Source of the DNA: Gemmatales bacterium
GTDB taxonomy: Bacteria; Planctomycetota; Planctomycetia; Gemmatales; HRBIN36
Assembly: GCA_041640595.1 (NCBI GenBank)
Contig: JBEPZY010000001.1
Location: forward strand, 1,175,471 to 1,239,470
DNA: 64,000 nucleotides
Reading direction: 5' to 3'
The position numbers and the translations under genes were made by a program. The notes under the pieces were generated by a model. That model saw nothing but the letters and a program-made list of their open reading frames with translations. It searched no databases and had not been told where the DNA came from. Shown here in pieces: positions 49,709 to 60,215 of this stretch (position 1 is its first letter; each line of letters opens with the position of its first letter).

Positions 49709-51658
49709 TTATTTTTTCACTTCGAAGTCGGCGTCAATGACGCCTTCGGATGGACCGCCAGTCTGACGGCTGCCATCGCCACTGGTGGTGGTTCCCGCAC
49801 CGGCCGCCTGGCGATACAGGTGCTGCGACATGGCGTGGGAAGCCTGTTCGAGTTCGGCAATGGCTTGACGAATGGCGGTAATGTCGTCGCCCTTCATCTT
49901 TTCCTTGAGCCGGGCTATGGCCGACTCCACCGCGGCCTTGTCGGCGCTGGAGAGTTTGCTGCCGTGCTCGCGCAACACTTTTTCGATGTGGTAGATGAGG
50001 TTGTCAGCCTGGTTGCGAGTTTCGGCCAATTCGCGGCGACGACGATCCTCGGCCGCGTGGGCTTCGGCTTCTTTGCGCATGCGTTCGATTTCGGCCTGGG
50101 TCAGGCCGCTGGACGCTTCGATACGAATCTTTTGCTCCTTACCCGTGGCCAGATCACGGGCCGAGACATGCAGGATGCCGTTGTGGTCCACCTCGAAGGT
50201 AACTTCGATTTGCGGCACGCCCCGCGGGGCTGGCGGAATGCCTTCGAGGTTGAATTGGGCCAGCAAACGGTTATCAGCGGCCATTTCGCGCTCGCCCTGG
50301 AACACGCGGATGGTAACTGCTGTCTGGTTATCTTCGGCAGTGGTGAAAATCTGCTTGCGGGACGTCGGGATGGTGGTGTTGCGCTCGATGATTTTGGTGA
50401 ACACGCCACCCAGCGTTTCGAGACCGAGCGAGAGCGGCACAACGTCCAGCAGGAGCACTTCCGATTTGCTCCCCAGCAAGAGCTGGTGGCCCTGGATGGC
50501 GGCACCTACCGCAACGACTTCGTCGGGATTGACGCCCTTGTGCCCTTCTTTGCCGAAAATCTCCCGCACCAGTTGCTGGACGCGCGGCACGCGGGTCATA
50601 CCGCCGACGAGCACCACTTCGTCAATGTCGCTGGGTTTCAAACCAGCATCGCGTAGGGCCTGCATGACCGGTCCGCGGCAACGTTCCACCAGATGCTCTG
50701 TCAACTGCTCGAATTTCGACCGGGTAATGGTCATTTGCAGGTGCTTCGGGCCGCTCGCATCAGCGGTGATGAACGGCAGGTTGATGTCGGTCTGGGTCTG
50801 GCCGGACAATTCCTTCTTGGCTCGCTCGGCTGCCTCTTTCAGCCGCTGCATGGCCATGTTATCCTTGCGCAGGTCAATGCCGGTTTCCTTCTTGAACTCA
50901 TCGGCGATGTAGTTGATCAGCACCTCGTCCCAGTTATCGCCACCCAGGTGGGTATCGCCGTTGACCGCCTTCACTTCAAACACGCCATCGCCCACCTCCA
51001 GGATGGATATGTCGAAAGTACCGCCGCCCAGATCGAAGACTGCGATCTTCTCGTTTTTCTTCTTTTCCAAGCCGTAAGCCAGGGCAGCCGCGGTCGGCTC
51101 GTTGATGATACGCATACGCTGACGAACGATTTTGCCGGTCTTCGGATCTTCCAGTTCCCATTCGGGGTCAAACCCGGCAATGGCAGCGGCATCAATGGTG
51201 GCTTGGCGTTGGGCATCGTTGAAGTACGCGGGCACGGTAATCACAGCCCGGCGAACCTTATGGCCCAGATAGTTCTCGGCCGCCTCCTTCAACTTGCGCA
51301 GCACCATGGCCGAGATTTCGGGCGGCGTGTAAATCTTGTCGCCGATTTTAACGGCGGCCATTCCTTTGGAGTCGGGCACCACTTCATACGGAACCATCTT
51401 GCGTTCCTGCTCGACTTCCTCGAAACGCCGACCCATGAAACGCTTGATGGAGTAAATCGTGCGTTTCGGGTTGGTGATGGCCTGGCGTTTGGCCGGATCG
51501 CCCACCAGAATTTCGCCCTTGTCGGTAAACGCAACCACGCTCGGCGTCAACCGGTTGCCCTCCTGGTTGGGGATCACTTTCACCTCGTTTCCTTCCATGA
51601 CTGCCACAACGGAGTTTGTGGTGCCCAGGTCAATTCCGATAATCACGTCGCTAGCCAT
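49709..51658 (-). CDS. dnaK: molecular chaperone DnaK (Hsp70)
   Basis: [26 protein letters not shown] and [10 protein letters not shown], in a 649-aa protein. Confidence 0.97.
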   Translation of the reverse strand: MASDVIIGIDLGTTNSVVAVMEGNEVKVIPNQEGNRLTPSVVAFTDKGEILVGDPAKRQAITNPKRTIYSIKRFMGRRFEEVEQERKMVPYEVVPDSKGMAAVKIGDKIYTPPEISAMVLRKLKEAAENYLGHKVRRAVITVPAYFNDAQRQATIDAAAIAGFDPEWELEDPKTGKIVRQRMRIINEPTAAALAYGLEKKKNEKIAVFDLGGGTFDISILEVGDGVFEVKAVNGDTHLGGDNWDEVLINYIADEFKKETGIDLRKDNMAMQRLKEAAERAKKELSGQTQTDINLPFITADASGPKHLQMTITRSKFEQLTEHLVERCRGPVMQALRDAGLKPSDIDEVVLVGGMTRVPRVQQLVREIFGKEGHKGVNPDEVVAVGAAIQGHQLLLGSKSEVLLLDVVPLSLGLETLGGVFTKIIERNTTIPTSRKQIFTTAEDNQTAVTIRVFQGEREMAADNRLLAQFNLEGIPPAPRGVPQIEVTFEVDHNGILHVSARDLATGKEQKIRIEASSGLTQAEIERMRKEAEAHAAEDRRRRELAETRNQADNLIYHIEKVLREHGSKLSSADKAAVESAIARLKEKMKGDDITAIRQAIAELEQASHAMSQHLYRQAAGAGTTTSGDGSRQTGGPSEGVIDADFEVKK

Positions 51659-51945
51659 GGCTCACTCCTGTCATTAGAGGTTGGTCGTTTTCCAGTCCGT
51701 TCGCTCCCTGCGGCCGGGGCGGGAAAATTGCCCACCCCTACGGTAGGCAAGCGCGGCAGCACCAGCCGAGTTAGGGTAGGTTCTCTGCAGCTCGCCGCAC
51801 CGGTAAATCGTTCTCTCTTCAATTGTACAGCATAGGAGCAACCGACGTGCCAGGAATTCTGGTCAGCGAGCAAATCATCAAGTGTTTGTATCACAGCGAC
51901 TTGCGTCATAAGCCGTTATCGGGGCTAGTCCAGGTTCGCGGAAAA

Positions 51946-52011
51946 ATGCCGATTCGGCAGTATTATGGTGGCCAAAACGACGCCATCGGCTGATATATGC
52001 CATTTCGGCAG
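51946..52011. promoter_or_regulatory. two copies of ATGCCRWTTCGGCAG (core palindrome TGCCGA-T-TCGGCA), 51 bp apart
   Basis: Located at 51946-51960 and 51997-52011 in the dnaK/pheA divergent intergenic region. Confidence 0.2.
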
Positions 52012-52095
52012 CATGGAATATTGGCGGGCAGGAACAGCCAGGCTGGCAGTTTTGCAATTCCCATGATTTTTGCCGGAAAATCTTTGTGTAGATTA

Positions 52096-52124
52096 TTGAC
52101 AGTGGACAGTCGCGGTCATAAATT
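52096..52124 (+). promoter_or_regulatory. sigma-70-like promoter candidate for pheA
   Basis: TTGACA, then 17 nt, then TAAATT, ending 35 nt upstream of the ATG at 52159. Confidence 0.35.
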
Positions 52125-52158
52125 ACAATGGCATCAGGGAATTCAGTCGAGGCCAGCC

Positions 52159-53292
52159 ATGAGTCGCAAGTCGAGCGAAGATGGCAGCGTCACTGTAACT
52201 CGATCCCAGGCCCAGTTGCGGTCGTTGCGGGGCCAAATTGACAAACTCGATTTGCAAATCCTCAAGCTGATCAACGAGCGGGCAGCCATTGCCTTGAAAA
52301 TTGGCCAGTTGAAAAACGATCACGGTCAGGAAGTTTTTTCGCCAGCACGAGAAGAGGAAGTGTTGCGGCACGTGTTGCAAGCCAATAAAGGGCCGCTCTC
52401 GGAGCAAGCAGTTCGGGCCATTTTCCGGGAACTCATGAGTGGTTCGCGGGCCTTGCAAAAGGTGCTGCGTGTGGCTTATTTGGGCCCGGAATACAGTTTC
52501 AGCCATCTGGCCGCACTGGAACGGTTCGGGCAAAGCGTGGAATTCATCCGCGTTGGTACGATTGCCGCCGTTTTTGAGGATGTGGATCGTGGCCAGGCCG
52601 ATTACGGCGTCGTGCCGCTGGAGAATTCCACCGATGGCCGCATTGTGGACACCCTTGAAATGTTTGTCCGCATGCCGCAAATCAAGATTTGTGCCGAAGT
52701 GCGACTGCGGATCCACTATCACCTGATGGCGAACTGTGCCCCCAGCGAAATCCGCCGCGTTTACAGCAAGACGCAGGCCTTATCGCAGTGCCGCAACTGG
52801 CTGGCCAAGAATGTTCCGCAAGCCCAGCTCATCGAGGTCGCGAGCACGGCGACGGCGGCGGAACTGGCCCAGCGGGAGCCGGGAGCGGCTGCAGTAGCGA
52901 GTAGGCAGGCGGCTACGCGGTACGGCTTGCGTATCCTCTTTTCCAACATCGAGGACTATCCCTACAACGAAACGCGTTTTGCCGTCATCGCCACACAGTC
53001 CCCGCCGCATTCCTCAGAGGTGCCGGAAAAGACGGCCGTCATGTTTCAGGTGCCGCATCGCCCCGGTGCTCTGGTGGATGCGCTCAACGTCTTCAAGCAG
53101 AACAAGGTCAATCTGACCTGGATTGAATCGTTCCCGGCTCGTTCGGGTCGGCCGGAGTACGTGTTTTTCGTGGATTTCGAGGGGCATCAGGACGAACCCA
53201 AGATTCGCCGCACCCTCGAAGCGCTCCAGGAGCACTGCGAACGTGTGGTCATCCTCGGCTCCTTCCCCACCAGCGAACCCGCGGAAACGTAA
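52159..53292 (+). CDS. pheA: bifunctional chorismate mutase / prephenate dehydratase (P-protein)
   Basis: Chorismate mutase helix LRGQIDKLDLQILKLINERAAIALKIGQLK. Prephenate dehydratase VAYLGPEYSFSHLAA..PLENSTDG..TRF. C-terminal ACT domain. Confidence 0.9.
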   Translation: MSRKSSEDGSVTVTRSQAQLRSLRGQIDKLDLQILKLINERAAIALKIGQLKNDHGQEVFSPAREEEVLRHVLQANKGPLSEQAVRAIFRELMSGSRALQKVLRVAYLGPEYSFSHLAALERFGQSVEFIRVGTIAAVFEDVDRGQADYGVVPLENSTDGRIVDTLEMFVRMPQIKICAEVRLRIHYHLMANCAPSEIRRVYSKTQALSQCRNWLAKNVPQAQLIEVASTATAAELAQREPGAAAVASRQAATRYGLRILFSNIEDYPYNETRFAVIATQSPPHSSEVPEKTAVMFQVPHRPGALVDALNVFKQNKVNLTWIESFPARSGRPEYVFFVDFEGHQDEPKIRRTLEALQEHCERVVILGSFPTSEPAET

Positions 53293-53534
53293 GCACACTT
53301 GCCCGCCCCCGCCTGCGTATCATCCTCGTCCTCGCCACACTTAAAGCTGTTCGCACCACATCCGGCCTGCCTGGTGTGCTGTGCGTCACCGCGACGCGAA
53401 TTAACTTTGGCCGCTACTGCACGGTAAACAGTTCCAGCTCGGCTTCGGTCGGCCAAGGCAAAAAAGCGAACCAGTCTGGGTTGTTCGAGAAATCCAAGTT
53501 GCGGAAGGCTCTGGCAATATGGTCCCGTAGGCTT

Positions 53535-56144
53535 TCAGTTGGCGAAGGGGACGAGGCGATAAGAAAACTGCACGTCATCGGCCGGGGTCAGGCTGTCGGC
53601 CAGCTGAATGAAGAGCGTTCCCTGGGCGGCGCGGTGCACCGGTCGCGGTTTGTCGAACTCAATCCGCACGCCGAAACCGCCACGATCGATCAGCACCCCT
53701 CGCGCCATCACCGGCTTGTCGGCAAGTGGCTCGCCCGCCTGACCGTCGTCGCCCAGTACCGTAACGGTGGTCGGCAGCGGTTTCTGTCCTGGCCGGGCTT
53801 TACCCTGCGGCAAAAACGGAATGAGTTCGTACACCTCGCGGACCTTGCCACGGAACGGATTTTTCAGCCACAGCGCCAGTAGCTCTTTATCCTGCGTCTG
53901 CTGCAATTGTACCTGGCAGCGGATGCCGTCCGGTTCGAAGATGTACACCCGCCGGCAGCGTAACGGTGTTCCGCGGATGTCACCGGAGCTTTCCACCCGT
54001 TGTCCGACAAGGCGGGCATCGAAGTGTTCGCTATCCCCGGCGACAAACGGCGAACCGTCGGCCTGAATCCCGGCCAGGGTGTGCAGGCGGAAACCGCGCC
54101 ATTGGGAAACGTCCATATTCTCGCCATAAGCCCCATTGAGCACCGAAGCCAGGACCAGTCCCCTACCCGGCACATGCAACTGGCAGATCATGCCGCCACC
54201 GTAACCGGATTGCCCCAGGTGGCTGTGCGTTTCCCATTTCGGCGACAACCGACCGTGATAGGTCAGGACGTAATAGTTTTTCCGGCGAGCGGCGAACCAC
54301 TCGTTGGCCCCGTTGACCGACTCGGTGAAATCCGGCCCCGGCAAACCTTTCCAGGCGAAAGGCCCTTCGGTCTCGATTTTCCAGTGGGGATAGTAGTGGG
54401 TACGGGAACTCCACGGCCCAGCAGGAACGTTTTCGTCGGCCAACGTGTAGCTGAACCATCGCCGCACGCCATCGTACACCTTTTGCAACCGCGGATCGGG
54501 CAGGTCAGCCAGGATTGCTTGCCACGTTGTCAGGATGTAAGAGCCGTAGTGATACGCATAGGCGAACCCTTCCTGCACCGGTCCGGAAGGCCCGACGCCG
54601 ACTCGTTCGCCCCAGCCACCACGGGTAAAACGCTCCCAGTAGGTGTCGAACAATTCCTTCTGCAGCGGATCGCCGGTCGCTTCGTAACAATAACGCAGCG
54701 CCGCCAGCACCTGGGCGTATGAGTTGCCGTTGACCCGTTCCCAACTGCGGCAAAACGCCAGCCGATCACCAGCCACCAGAAACGCCTCGCGGACGATCGC
54801 TTTCACCTCGTCCGGTGCATCGCTGTGTTGCAGGATGTGCCACGCCGGCCGCCAGTATTGCCACGCATAGTTGCTGAACTCGTAAGCGAGATTGGCAAAC
54901 GGCCCACCCATCGCGACGGCGACGTGATCGTTCGGCCCGATGGCTCGCAGCCCGGCGAACAGTTCCCGCAACGCCACATTCAACGCCGCACGGTTTTTGT
55001 GTGCGGGATAATGATGCATAATCCGATCGCACAGGGGCGGCTGGCCGTACGGACCGTTCACCGGCAAAAAGTTTGGTCGCTGCGGAAGCACAGGCAACTT
55101 CTGTCCCGGCGGATAGCCCGCCACCGGTGTCGCCAGTTCCCCTTTTTCGTTCCGCACCTCGAAATCTTCCGGCCGCAGCTTCTTCAGCCAGTCGTGGAAG
55201 CGAACCTGGAAGCCGTGCCAGAATACCTCGCCGTCGTGATAAATGGCACCGTTGCGGATCGCCCGAGCCGTCGCTTCATCAGCTGCCAGCACCGCCGGCA
55301 CTGCCGGTTCGCCCCGATGGTGTACGTTGGCATTTCGCTGCAACCGCAACTTCACCAGGAGCAGGAAATCATTATCCCCCGGCGATACTTCCAGCCGCAG
55401 CACCTGATCCCACAGTTGTTCCGGCTGGGCAAAATCCACCGCCGTCTTCCAGAAAATCGGTCCCGGCTCGTTGGCCACCAGTTCCTTGCCGTCGGGAGTA
55501 TAGATCGCCACACGCCGTTGTCGCGGCCGGTCGTATTCCGCGATCGCCACATACAGCCCGACGCTGCCCCGCGGCACATACAAATACGCTCGCCGCCATT
55601 GCTCGCCGTGCCCGTGCAGCCAATCCGGATGGCCCGCCATTGCCGTCGGCAGCTCCGGTTCGATCTTGAACGACACTACATGATCCGTCGCCCCGACGAT
55701 CACCACCCGATACACGCCCGCCTGTCCCCCACGCACTGCAAAGCGAAAGTCGCGCTTCGGCACCGCCGCCAGCCGGGCCGGGTCCATGACCGCACTCCAG
55801 CGAAGCAATGCCGCTCCCTTTTCCTGAGCGTAAGCGTGATACCACGCTTCATGGTCCCAGCCGCCCATCGGCAACTGAAACAGCGGCTTGGTAATACCGT
55901 CATCGGGCAGCACTTGCCGCACCACGCACCGCCCCTGCGGATCATACACCTTCACCAGCACCTCACGCGGGCCGAACTCATACAGGTTCAGGTCGCGGAC
56001 ACCCAGATGCACCGTGAAATCCTTACCCGCCTCGTTGACCACGAAGACGGTAATCCCGTCATGCAACCTATGCGTGGATTGTGCCTGCAACAGCGGCGCG
56101 CACCCTATCAGCATCAGAGCCACCAGTACCGCGTTCCTTTTCAT
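53535..56144 (-). CDS. large secreted hypothetical protein (869 aa)
   Basis: Signal peptide MKRNAVLVALMLIGCAPLLQAQ and balanced composition. The antisense 445-aa ORF is R/H/P-rich and implausible. No domain recognised. Confidence 0.7.
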   Translation of the reverse strand: MKRNAVLVALMLIGCAPLLQAQSTHRLHDGITVFVVNEAGKDFTVHLGVRDLNLYEFGPREVLVKVYDPQGRCVVRQVLPDDGITKPLFQLPMGGWDHEAWYHAYAQEKGAALLRWSAVMDPARLAAVPKRDFRFAVRGGQAGVYRVVIVGATDHVVSFKIEPELPTAMAGHPDWLHGHGEQWRRAYLYVPRGSVGLYVAIAEYDRPRQRRVAIYTPDGKELVANEPGPIFWKTAVDFAQPEQLWDQVLRLEVSPGDNDFLLLVKLRLQRNANVHHRGEPAVPAVLAADEATARAIRNGAIYHDGEVFWHGFQVRFHDWLKKLRPEDFEVRNEKGELATPVAGYPPGQKLPVLPQRPNFLPVNGPYGQPPLCDRIMHHYPAHKNRAALNVALRELFAGLRAIGPNDHVAVAMGGPFANLAYEFSNYAWQYWRPAWHILQHSDAPDEVKAIVREAFLVAGDRLAFCRSWERVNGNSYAQVLAALRYCYEATGDPLQKELFDTYWERFTRGGWGERVGVGPSGPVQEGFAYAYHYGSYILTTWQAILADLPDPRLQKVYDGVRRWFSYTLADENVPAGPWSSRTHYYPHWKIETEGPFAWKGLPGPDFTESVNGANEWFAARRKNYYVLTYHGRLSPKWETHSHLGQSGYGGGMICQLHVPGRGLVLASVLNGAYGENMDVSQWRGFRLHTLAGIQADGSPFVAGDSEHFDARLVGQRVESSGDIRGTPLRCRRVYIFEPDGIRCQVQLQQTQDKELLALWLKNPFRGKVREVYELIPFLPQGKARPGQKPLPTTVTVLGDDGQAGEPLADKPVMARGVLIDRGGFGVRIEFDKPRPVHRAAQGTLFIQLADSLTPADDVQFSYRLVPFAN

Positions 56145-56171
56145 GCGAGCGCTCCTTGTTGACCTCCAGCG

Positions 56172-56540
56172 TCCGCAGTCTTAGCCGCGAGTGCTCCAAC
56201 TATTCCACCTGAGATGGTGATCGAAATGCTAAAGGGGTAATGTGCTTGTAGCGTTAGCCGTAAGCGACCCAAGTATCCCACTCAGGTGGCGAAAGTGCGG
56301 CTATGTATTCTGCTGGAGTTTGTAGCGTTAGCCGCCAGTGCCCCTAGCATCCCAGTCGGATTGCAGCAGTGCGGCAATGTGCCCTGTTTGGGTTTGTAGC
56401 GTTAGCCGTAAGCGACCCAAGTATCCCACTCAGGTGGCGAAAGTGCGGCTATGTATTCTGCTGGAGTTTGTAGCATGAGCCGCCAGCGATCTAAGTATCT
56501 CAGACCTGGGCCGGATTGTCTGGTGCTCGCTGACACTTTC
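56172..56540. repeat. tandem array, about 5 units of 74 bp
   Basis: TTGTAGCGTTAGCCG starts at 56246, 56320 and 56394, and the variant TTGTAGCATGAGCCG at 56468, an exact 74-bp period. Units 56246-56319 and 56394-56467 are identical; the others are ~70% similar. A degenerate unit lies upstream. Confidence 0.9.
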
Positions 56541-56638
56541 GCCGTCAGCGTGTATCGCAACGGTGCCGCTACCCCGTCATTATGCGAACCCCAGCCCACG
56601 ATGTACACACACCTCTGTTCGTTGACCGCTGATTTGAC
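56537..56638. repeat. ~100-bp direct repeat, copy 1 (left flank of the small membrane-protein gene)
   Basis: TTTCGCCGTCAGCG..CCGCTACCCCGTCATTATGCGAAC..GATGTACACACACCTCTGTTCGTTGACCGCTGAT is ~85% identical to 57265-57429 excluding the latter's insert. Confidence 0.85.
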
Positions 56639-56873
56639 AGCGAGCTTGTTGCCCTGCTAGCCCTAGAGGGGCACATCCGCCTCTCGTTAACATTGACTCA
56701 TTCCAAGGCATGCCTTCTAGAAACGAGAGCAACTACGCCCTGGCAGACGCAGCCTTAGCGTGGCATGAGTGCTGGATTCTAGCCGGTGGCACAGCTCGCC
56801 TATAAAAATTCTTGATAAACACTCGCACAAAAGCTCGGCGAACGAAGCTGATACGGCGCAATGGGAGTCAGCC

Positions 56874-57227
56874 ATGTCCAAACGTTTTACACTTAGAAAG
56901 GTGCTGTTAGGTATAGCTAGTCTCACTGCTTTGCTGATCGGGGCTCCCATCTGGCCTATCTTTTCAATCGTAGCAGCAATGGACCGGCATTTCGATCTGA
57001 CCACAATTATCGTGCTAATGACCGTGTGGAGTGTTGCATCGCTGGTGACTTTTGGCGTGGCCATGTACTTTATCTACCTGGTATACCACAATGAAGCGCT
57101 ACAAGCAGAACAAAAGGTGATTTGGACCATGCTTTTGATATTTTTCTGGCCGGTGATGCCTGTGATATATTGGTACAACTATATTTGGAAGGAACCGCAA
57201 GCCGACCGGAGCCCACAAGGAGGCTAG
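56874..57227 (+). CDS. small hypothetical membrane protein (117 aa, 3-4 TM)
   Basis: GGGAG Shine-Dalgarno before the ATG at 56874. Hydrophobic spans include LLGIASLTALLIGAPIWPIFSIVAA, TTIIVLMTVWSVASLVTFGVAMYFIYLV and VIWTMLLIFFWPVMPVIYWY. Confidence 0.6.
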   Translation: MSKRFTLRKVLLGIASLTALLIGAPIWPIFSIVAAMDRHFDLTTIIVLMTVWSVASLVTFGVAMYFIYLVYHNEALQAEQKVIWTMLLIFFWPVMPVIYWYNYIWKEPQADRSPQGG

Positions 57228-57264
57228 CTCGTCACTACTAAATGCAGGATTCTGAACCGTCGCC

Positions 57265-57429
57265 TTTCCGCCGTCAGCGTATGTCGCAGCGTTCCGCTAC
57301 CCCGTCATTATGCGAACTCGTCAAGGTTAGCTATAGACCATCCAGAGACGCACCCAATTACCCTGCTGCGTCATTATGCGAGCCCAGCCCAGGATGTACA
57401 CACACCTCCGTCCTTGACCGCTGATCGAC
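57265..57429. repeat. ~100-bp direct repeat, copy 2, carrying an internal 66-bp-period duplication
   Basis: Homologous to 56537-56638. GTCATTATGCGA occurs at 57304 and 57370. Confidence 0.85.
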
Positions 57430-57710
57430 TTCAATGACCGCTCCTTATAGACAGAAGGAATTACACTGTGCTATCTTTCATTAAGTAGCAACTGCTACCC
57501 TAAGCGCGAACAGTACTGTCAAGCTACCAACAAACCAAATCACAATCCCCTTCTTAGCAACACCGGCCTAACATTACTGATATGCCTAATAAGACGGGGC
57601 CTGAGCATCTGGAATCCATCGGCGCGAAGATGTTCCCCCTTGGTCAGGTGAACCACGCCTGGATATGATCTCGTCTACTTCCTACCCACACGGGAGAGGA
57701 CATAAGTCCT

Positions 57711-57938
57711 ATGAAGAGGTCCATCCGCAATTTCACTACGTACGATCGCGGTAATGCCGATGAGCTATTTGTAAGCGTCAGCACCGAAAATGGCCTCATA
57801 GCGCTTGTGCTGTCGCTGAAAGCTGACGGTGATATTACCGTGTTCCTGGACACCCCTGCTGCTAGAGAGCTAGCAAACGCACTCATTGAGGCAGCTAACC
57901 AGTCCGAATTAGAATACCCGCCCCACGAAACTACGTAG
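57711..57938 (+). CDS. small hypothetical protein (75 aa)
   Basis: GGGAGAGGA Shine-Dalgarno upstream and plausible globular composition. No domain recognised. Confidence 0.45.
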   Translation: MKRSIRNFTTYDRGNADELFVSVSTENGLIALVLSLKADGDITVFLDTPAARELANALIEAANQSELEYPPHETT

Positions 57939-58391
57939 TTGTTGTTGCTGATGGGGGTCGGGGCGCGTTAGGACTGGGCTTTCGACCAGTACCTGCGGAA
58001 ACCGATCGAGGAGTGGATCCGCATGTGCAAGTGGCGTTCGCAGCCTGTGTTCAAAACACAGAGTGCATTCAATTTTGGGATAGCTTTGCGGCTGGACGGG
58101 AATCGCAGTGGCGATCAGCGCCTTTCCAGCCAGTGCACCTCAACTTCAGATGAGTCGTAAAATATTAGTGGGGTCGCGCCTTTACACCGCTGCAACTACA
58201 AGAATCATTCACATTCGGCCTCAGCATGGGCGAGCCGGTTTGAATTGATTATCATACACTTCGAGGGCATAAGATACCCCGTACTGACTCGGATGTGTTG
58301 GAGAGTAAACTTCATTCTTCTGGAGACAACCTAACAAACTAGTCACGGAAGCTTTTCGTTAGACAATTAACGAGTACCAGAGGAGGTTCAA

Positions 58392-58829
58392 ATGACACCA
58401 GAAGAGGTAATATCGAGGGCGGAAAATCAGCGAGAACTAGAAGATATACCCACTTATGATGCCTTCTTCCACCCGTCTCATATCGAATTTTTCGCAGAGC
58501 TTTTCCAGCTGAGGATTCCTATCTGGATTCCGGATTATGACCTCGCCAGGTTGAAGCGTAAGATATGGTTCATTAAGGTGATGGAGGTACCGACCAGGCG
58601 TCATGATCTACTTGTTTACCACGTCCAGAGGTATTTCGTCGAGCGGGAGGCTGAGCTAGACCGCCATGTGCTTGGAAGGTTAATCTACTCCCCTGAGAAG
58701 CGCTGCCTATCGCTATTTTCGAATGACGGTCTGAAGGTCGAAATGGAAGTGTCGGCATTATGCGTTGAGCTGATAAAAAGACAAGAAGTGCGGTGGGATT
58801 GGCGTTGGCTTGATATCATCTGTTGTTAA
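58392..58829 (+). CDS. hypothetical protein (145 aa), in a lower-GC segment
   Basis: Strong AGGAGG Shine-Dalgarno 6 nt upstream. Local GC is visibly lower than the surroundings. No domain recognised. Confidence 0.55.
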   Translation: MTPEEVISRAENQRELEDIPTYDAFFHPSHIEFFAELFQLRIPIWIPDYDLARLKRKIWFIKVMEVPTRRHDLLVYHVQRYFVEREAELDRHVLGRLIYSPEKRCLSLFSNDGLKVEMEVSALCVELIKRQEVRWDWRWLDIICC

Positions 58830-59169
58830 GATAATGGGACTTACGTGTGCTAGGCTTTTGGTACCCTTGGGCAACAGCGGGTATTCACTCTTGGGGGCGT
58901 AACTCTTCGCGTTTCGCCCTACGCGTTGCTGCGACCCACAACCTAGCCACCCCTCCGCGAAGACCCACTCTCGTTCATCACCGGCGGTGACCGCGATAGG
59001 GGATGTAAACTAGCCATGCCCCTTTCTCGGTATGAGAGAAACTAAGCAGACCGCCGGGCATGTAAGTTGCGAAAACGTGTTCGTGCCTCTACTTATACAT
59101 GCACAGAAAATCAGCGCATCGCTGAACAGAGAAATTGTGGCACTATACTTGAGAATTCACTTCCCGGTA

Positions 59170-60020
59170 CAATGCAAGTTGGCACACCGTTTGGCTTCCA
59201 ATGTTAGCCGCGAAGGAGACTTGCCTTTGGCCTTGAGTTGCAATGCAAGTTGGCGCTCCGTAGGCCACCGAACGTGTGGCTCTTTGTCCGCGGCTCCAGT
59301 TATAGGCGCAAAGGAAACCAGAGCCTCGTCGGGCCGGAAAAGTTGCCAGAAACTATTGTCGGCTGTCATTCCTGGTTATTAATGGCTCCAATTGCTGGTT
59401 CGATGCGAAGCTAATAGATCGCCGGGCAGGTAGGCTGATGTGCGTTGTTCGCAAGCGTCTTGATGCGAATCGGACAGCTAAGCTTGCAGGCAGACTGCTG
59501 TCCTCTGTCCGCAACATAACCGAACATGTGACTAAGCTCTTAGGCGCAAGGACATTCTAGCCGGACTGCTGTCGTTTGTCGCAACGTGACTGAGGGTCTG
59601 GTTAGTGTTTAGGCCCAATCTACATTCCCGGCGGGCTGCGGTGTTTGTTCGCAATGTGACCGAGGGTCTGGATAGGCCTATAGGCCCAATCTGCATTCCG
59701 GGCGGGCTGCGGTGTTTGTTCGCAATGTGACCGAGGGTCTGGATAGGCCTATAGACCCAATCTACATTCCCGGCGGGCTCTGGTGTTTGTTCGCAATGTG
59801 ACCGAGGGTCTGGATAGGCCTATAGGCCCAATCTGCATTCTGGGCGGGCTGCTGTCGTTTGTTTGCTACGTGACCGAGCGTCTGGATAGGCTTTTAGACC
59901 CAATCTACATTCCGGGCGGGCTGCTGTCGTTTGTTTGCTACGTGACCGAGCGTCTGGGTAGGCTTTTAGACCCAATCTACATTCCCGGCGGGTCCGGTGT
60001 TTGTTCGCATCGCCACTTAT
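59170..60020. repeat. tandem array, about 12 units of 69-72 bp
   Basis: Units start at 59572, 59641, 59712, 59783, 59854, 59926 and 59997 (GTGTTTGTTCGCAATGTGACCGAGGGTCTGGATAGGCCTATAGGCCCAATCTGCATTCCGGGCGGGCTGCG). The central units are ~90% or more identical, and units become progressively degenerate toward 59170. Confidence 0.9.
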
Positions 60021-60047
60021 AGGTGGGACAAAGCTTACAGTGCTGGA

Positions 60048-60215
60048 CAGGTATAGCGGTGCGGGGAACGGTGAGCAAACTCCTCTAATTCGGCAGAGTC
60101 TTCTTTATAAGTGGAACCGGGAAGGTATAGCTGTGCGGAACCTTGATAGGACGCCGTATCGGTCTCGTGCTCGCGAAAGTAACCGGGAATGTAAAGCTGT
60201 GCGAAAGCGCTAAGC
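60048..60215. repeat. three degenerate units with 73/67-bp spacing
   Basis: GGAMMGGKAWRGTAWAGCKGTGCGRRR cores have GTATAG/GTAAAG at 60051, 60124 and 60191. Confidence 0.6.

Noticed and set aside
49820-51835. Long plus-strand ORFs (49820..50656, 49995..50912, 50693..51835)
   Set aside because: All are antisense shadows of dnaK, which is unambiguous.
52044-52056. Sigma-54 promoter TGGCAGTTTTGCA upstream of pheA
   Set aside because: The GG-to-GC spacing is about 3 nt shorter than the TGGCAC-N5-TTGC consensus. No other TGGCAC..TTGC match was seen in the window despite the NtrC-type regulator at 28888.
54825-56162. 445-aa plus-strand ORF
   Set aside because: It is antisense to the 869-aa secreted protein gene, has R/H/P/Q-dominated composition, and lacks a Shine-Dalgarno. 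It is a typical high-GC shadow ORF.
56246-56540. tRNA-like or tRNA-derived units, since 71-74 nt is tRNA size
   Set aside because: No acceptor-stem complementarity, no GTTCRANYC T-loop with a flanking 5-bp stem, and no cloverleaf could be drawn for either unit type.
56246-56540. Integron attC sites, since GTTAGCC resembles the GTTRRRY core
   Set aside because: The core deviates from the consensus, each unit has only one copy in one orientation with no inverse RYYYAAC partner, the units are contiguous without cassettes, and there is no intI.
59032-59382. 116-aa ORF, and the 79-aa ORF at 59783..60022
   Set aside because: They lie within degenerate or tandem repeat units. The second stays open only where two 72-bp units happen to preserve the frame.
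59170-60020. CRISPR array interpretation of the 71-bp tandem repeats, and likewise the 74-bp array at 56172-56540
   Set aside because: The entire unit is homologous from copy to copy and there is no unique spacer segment. No cas genes are in the window. Units are near-identical in the centre and decay outward, like a satellite expansion.
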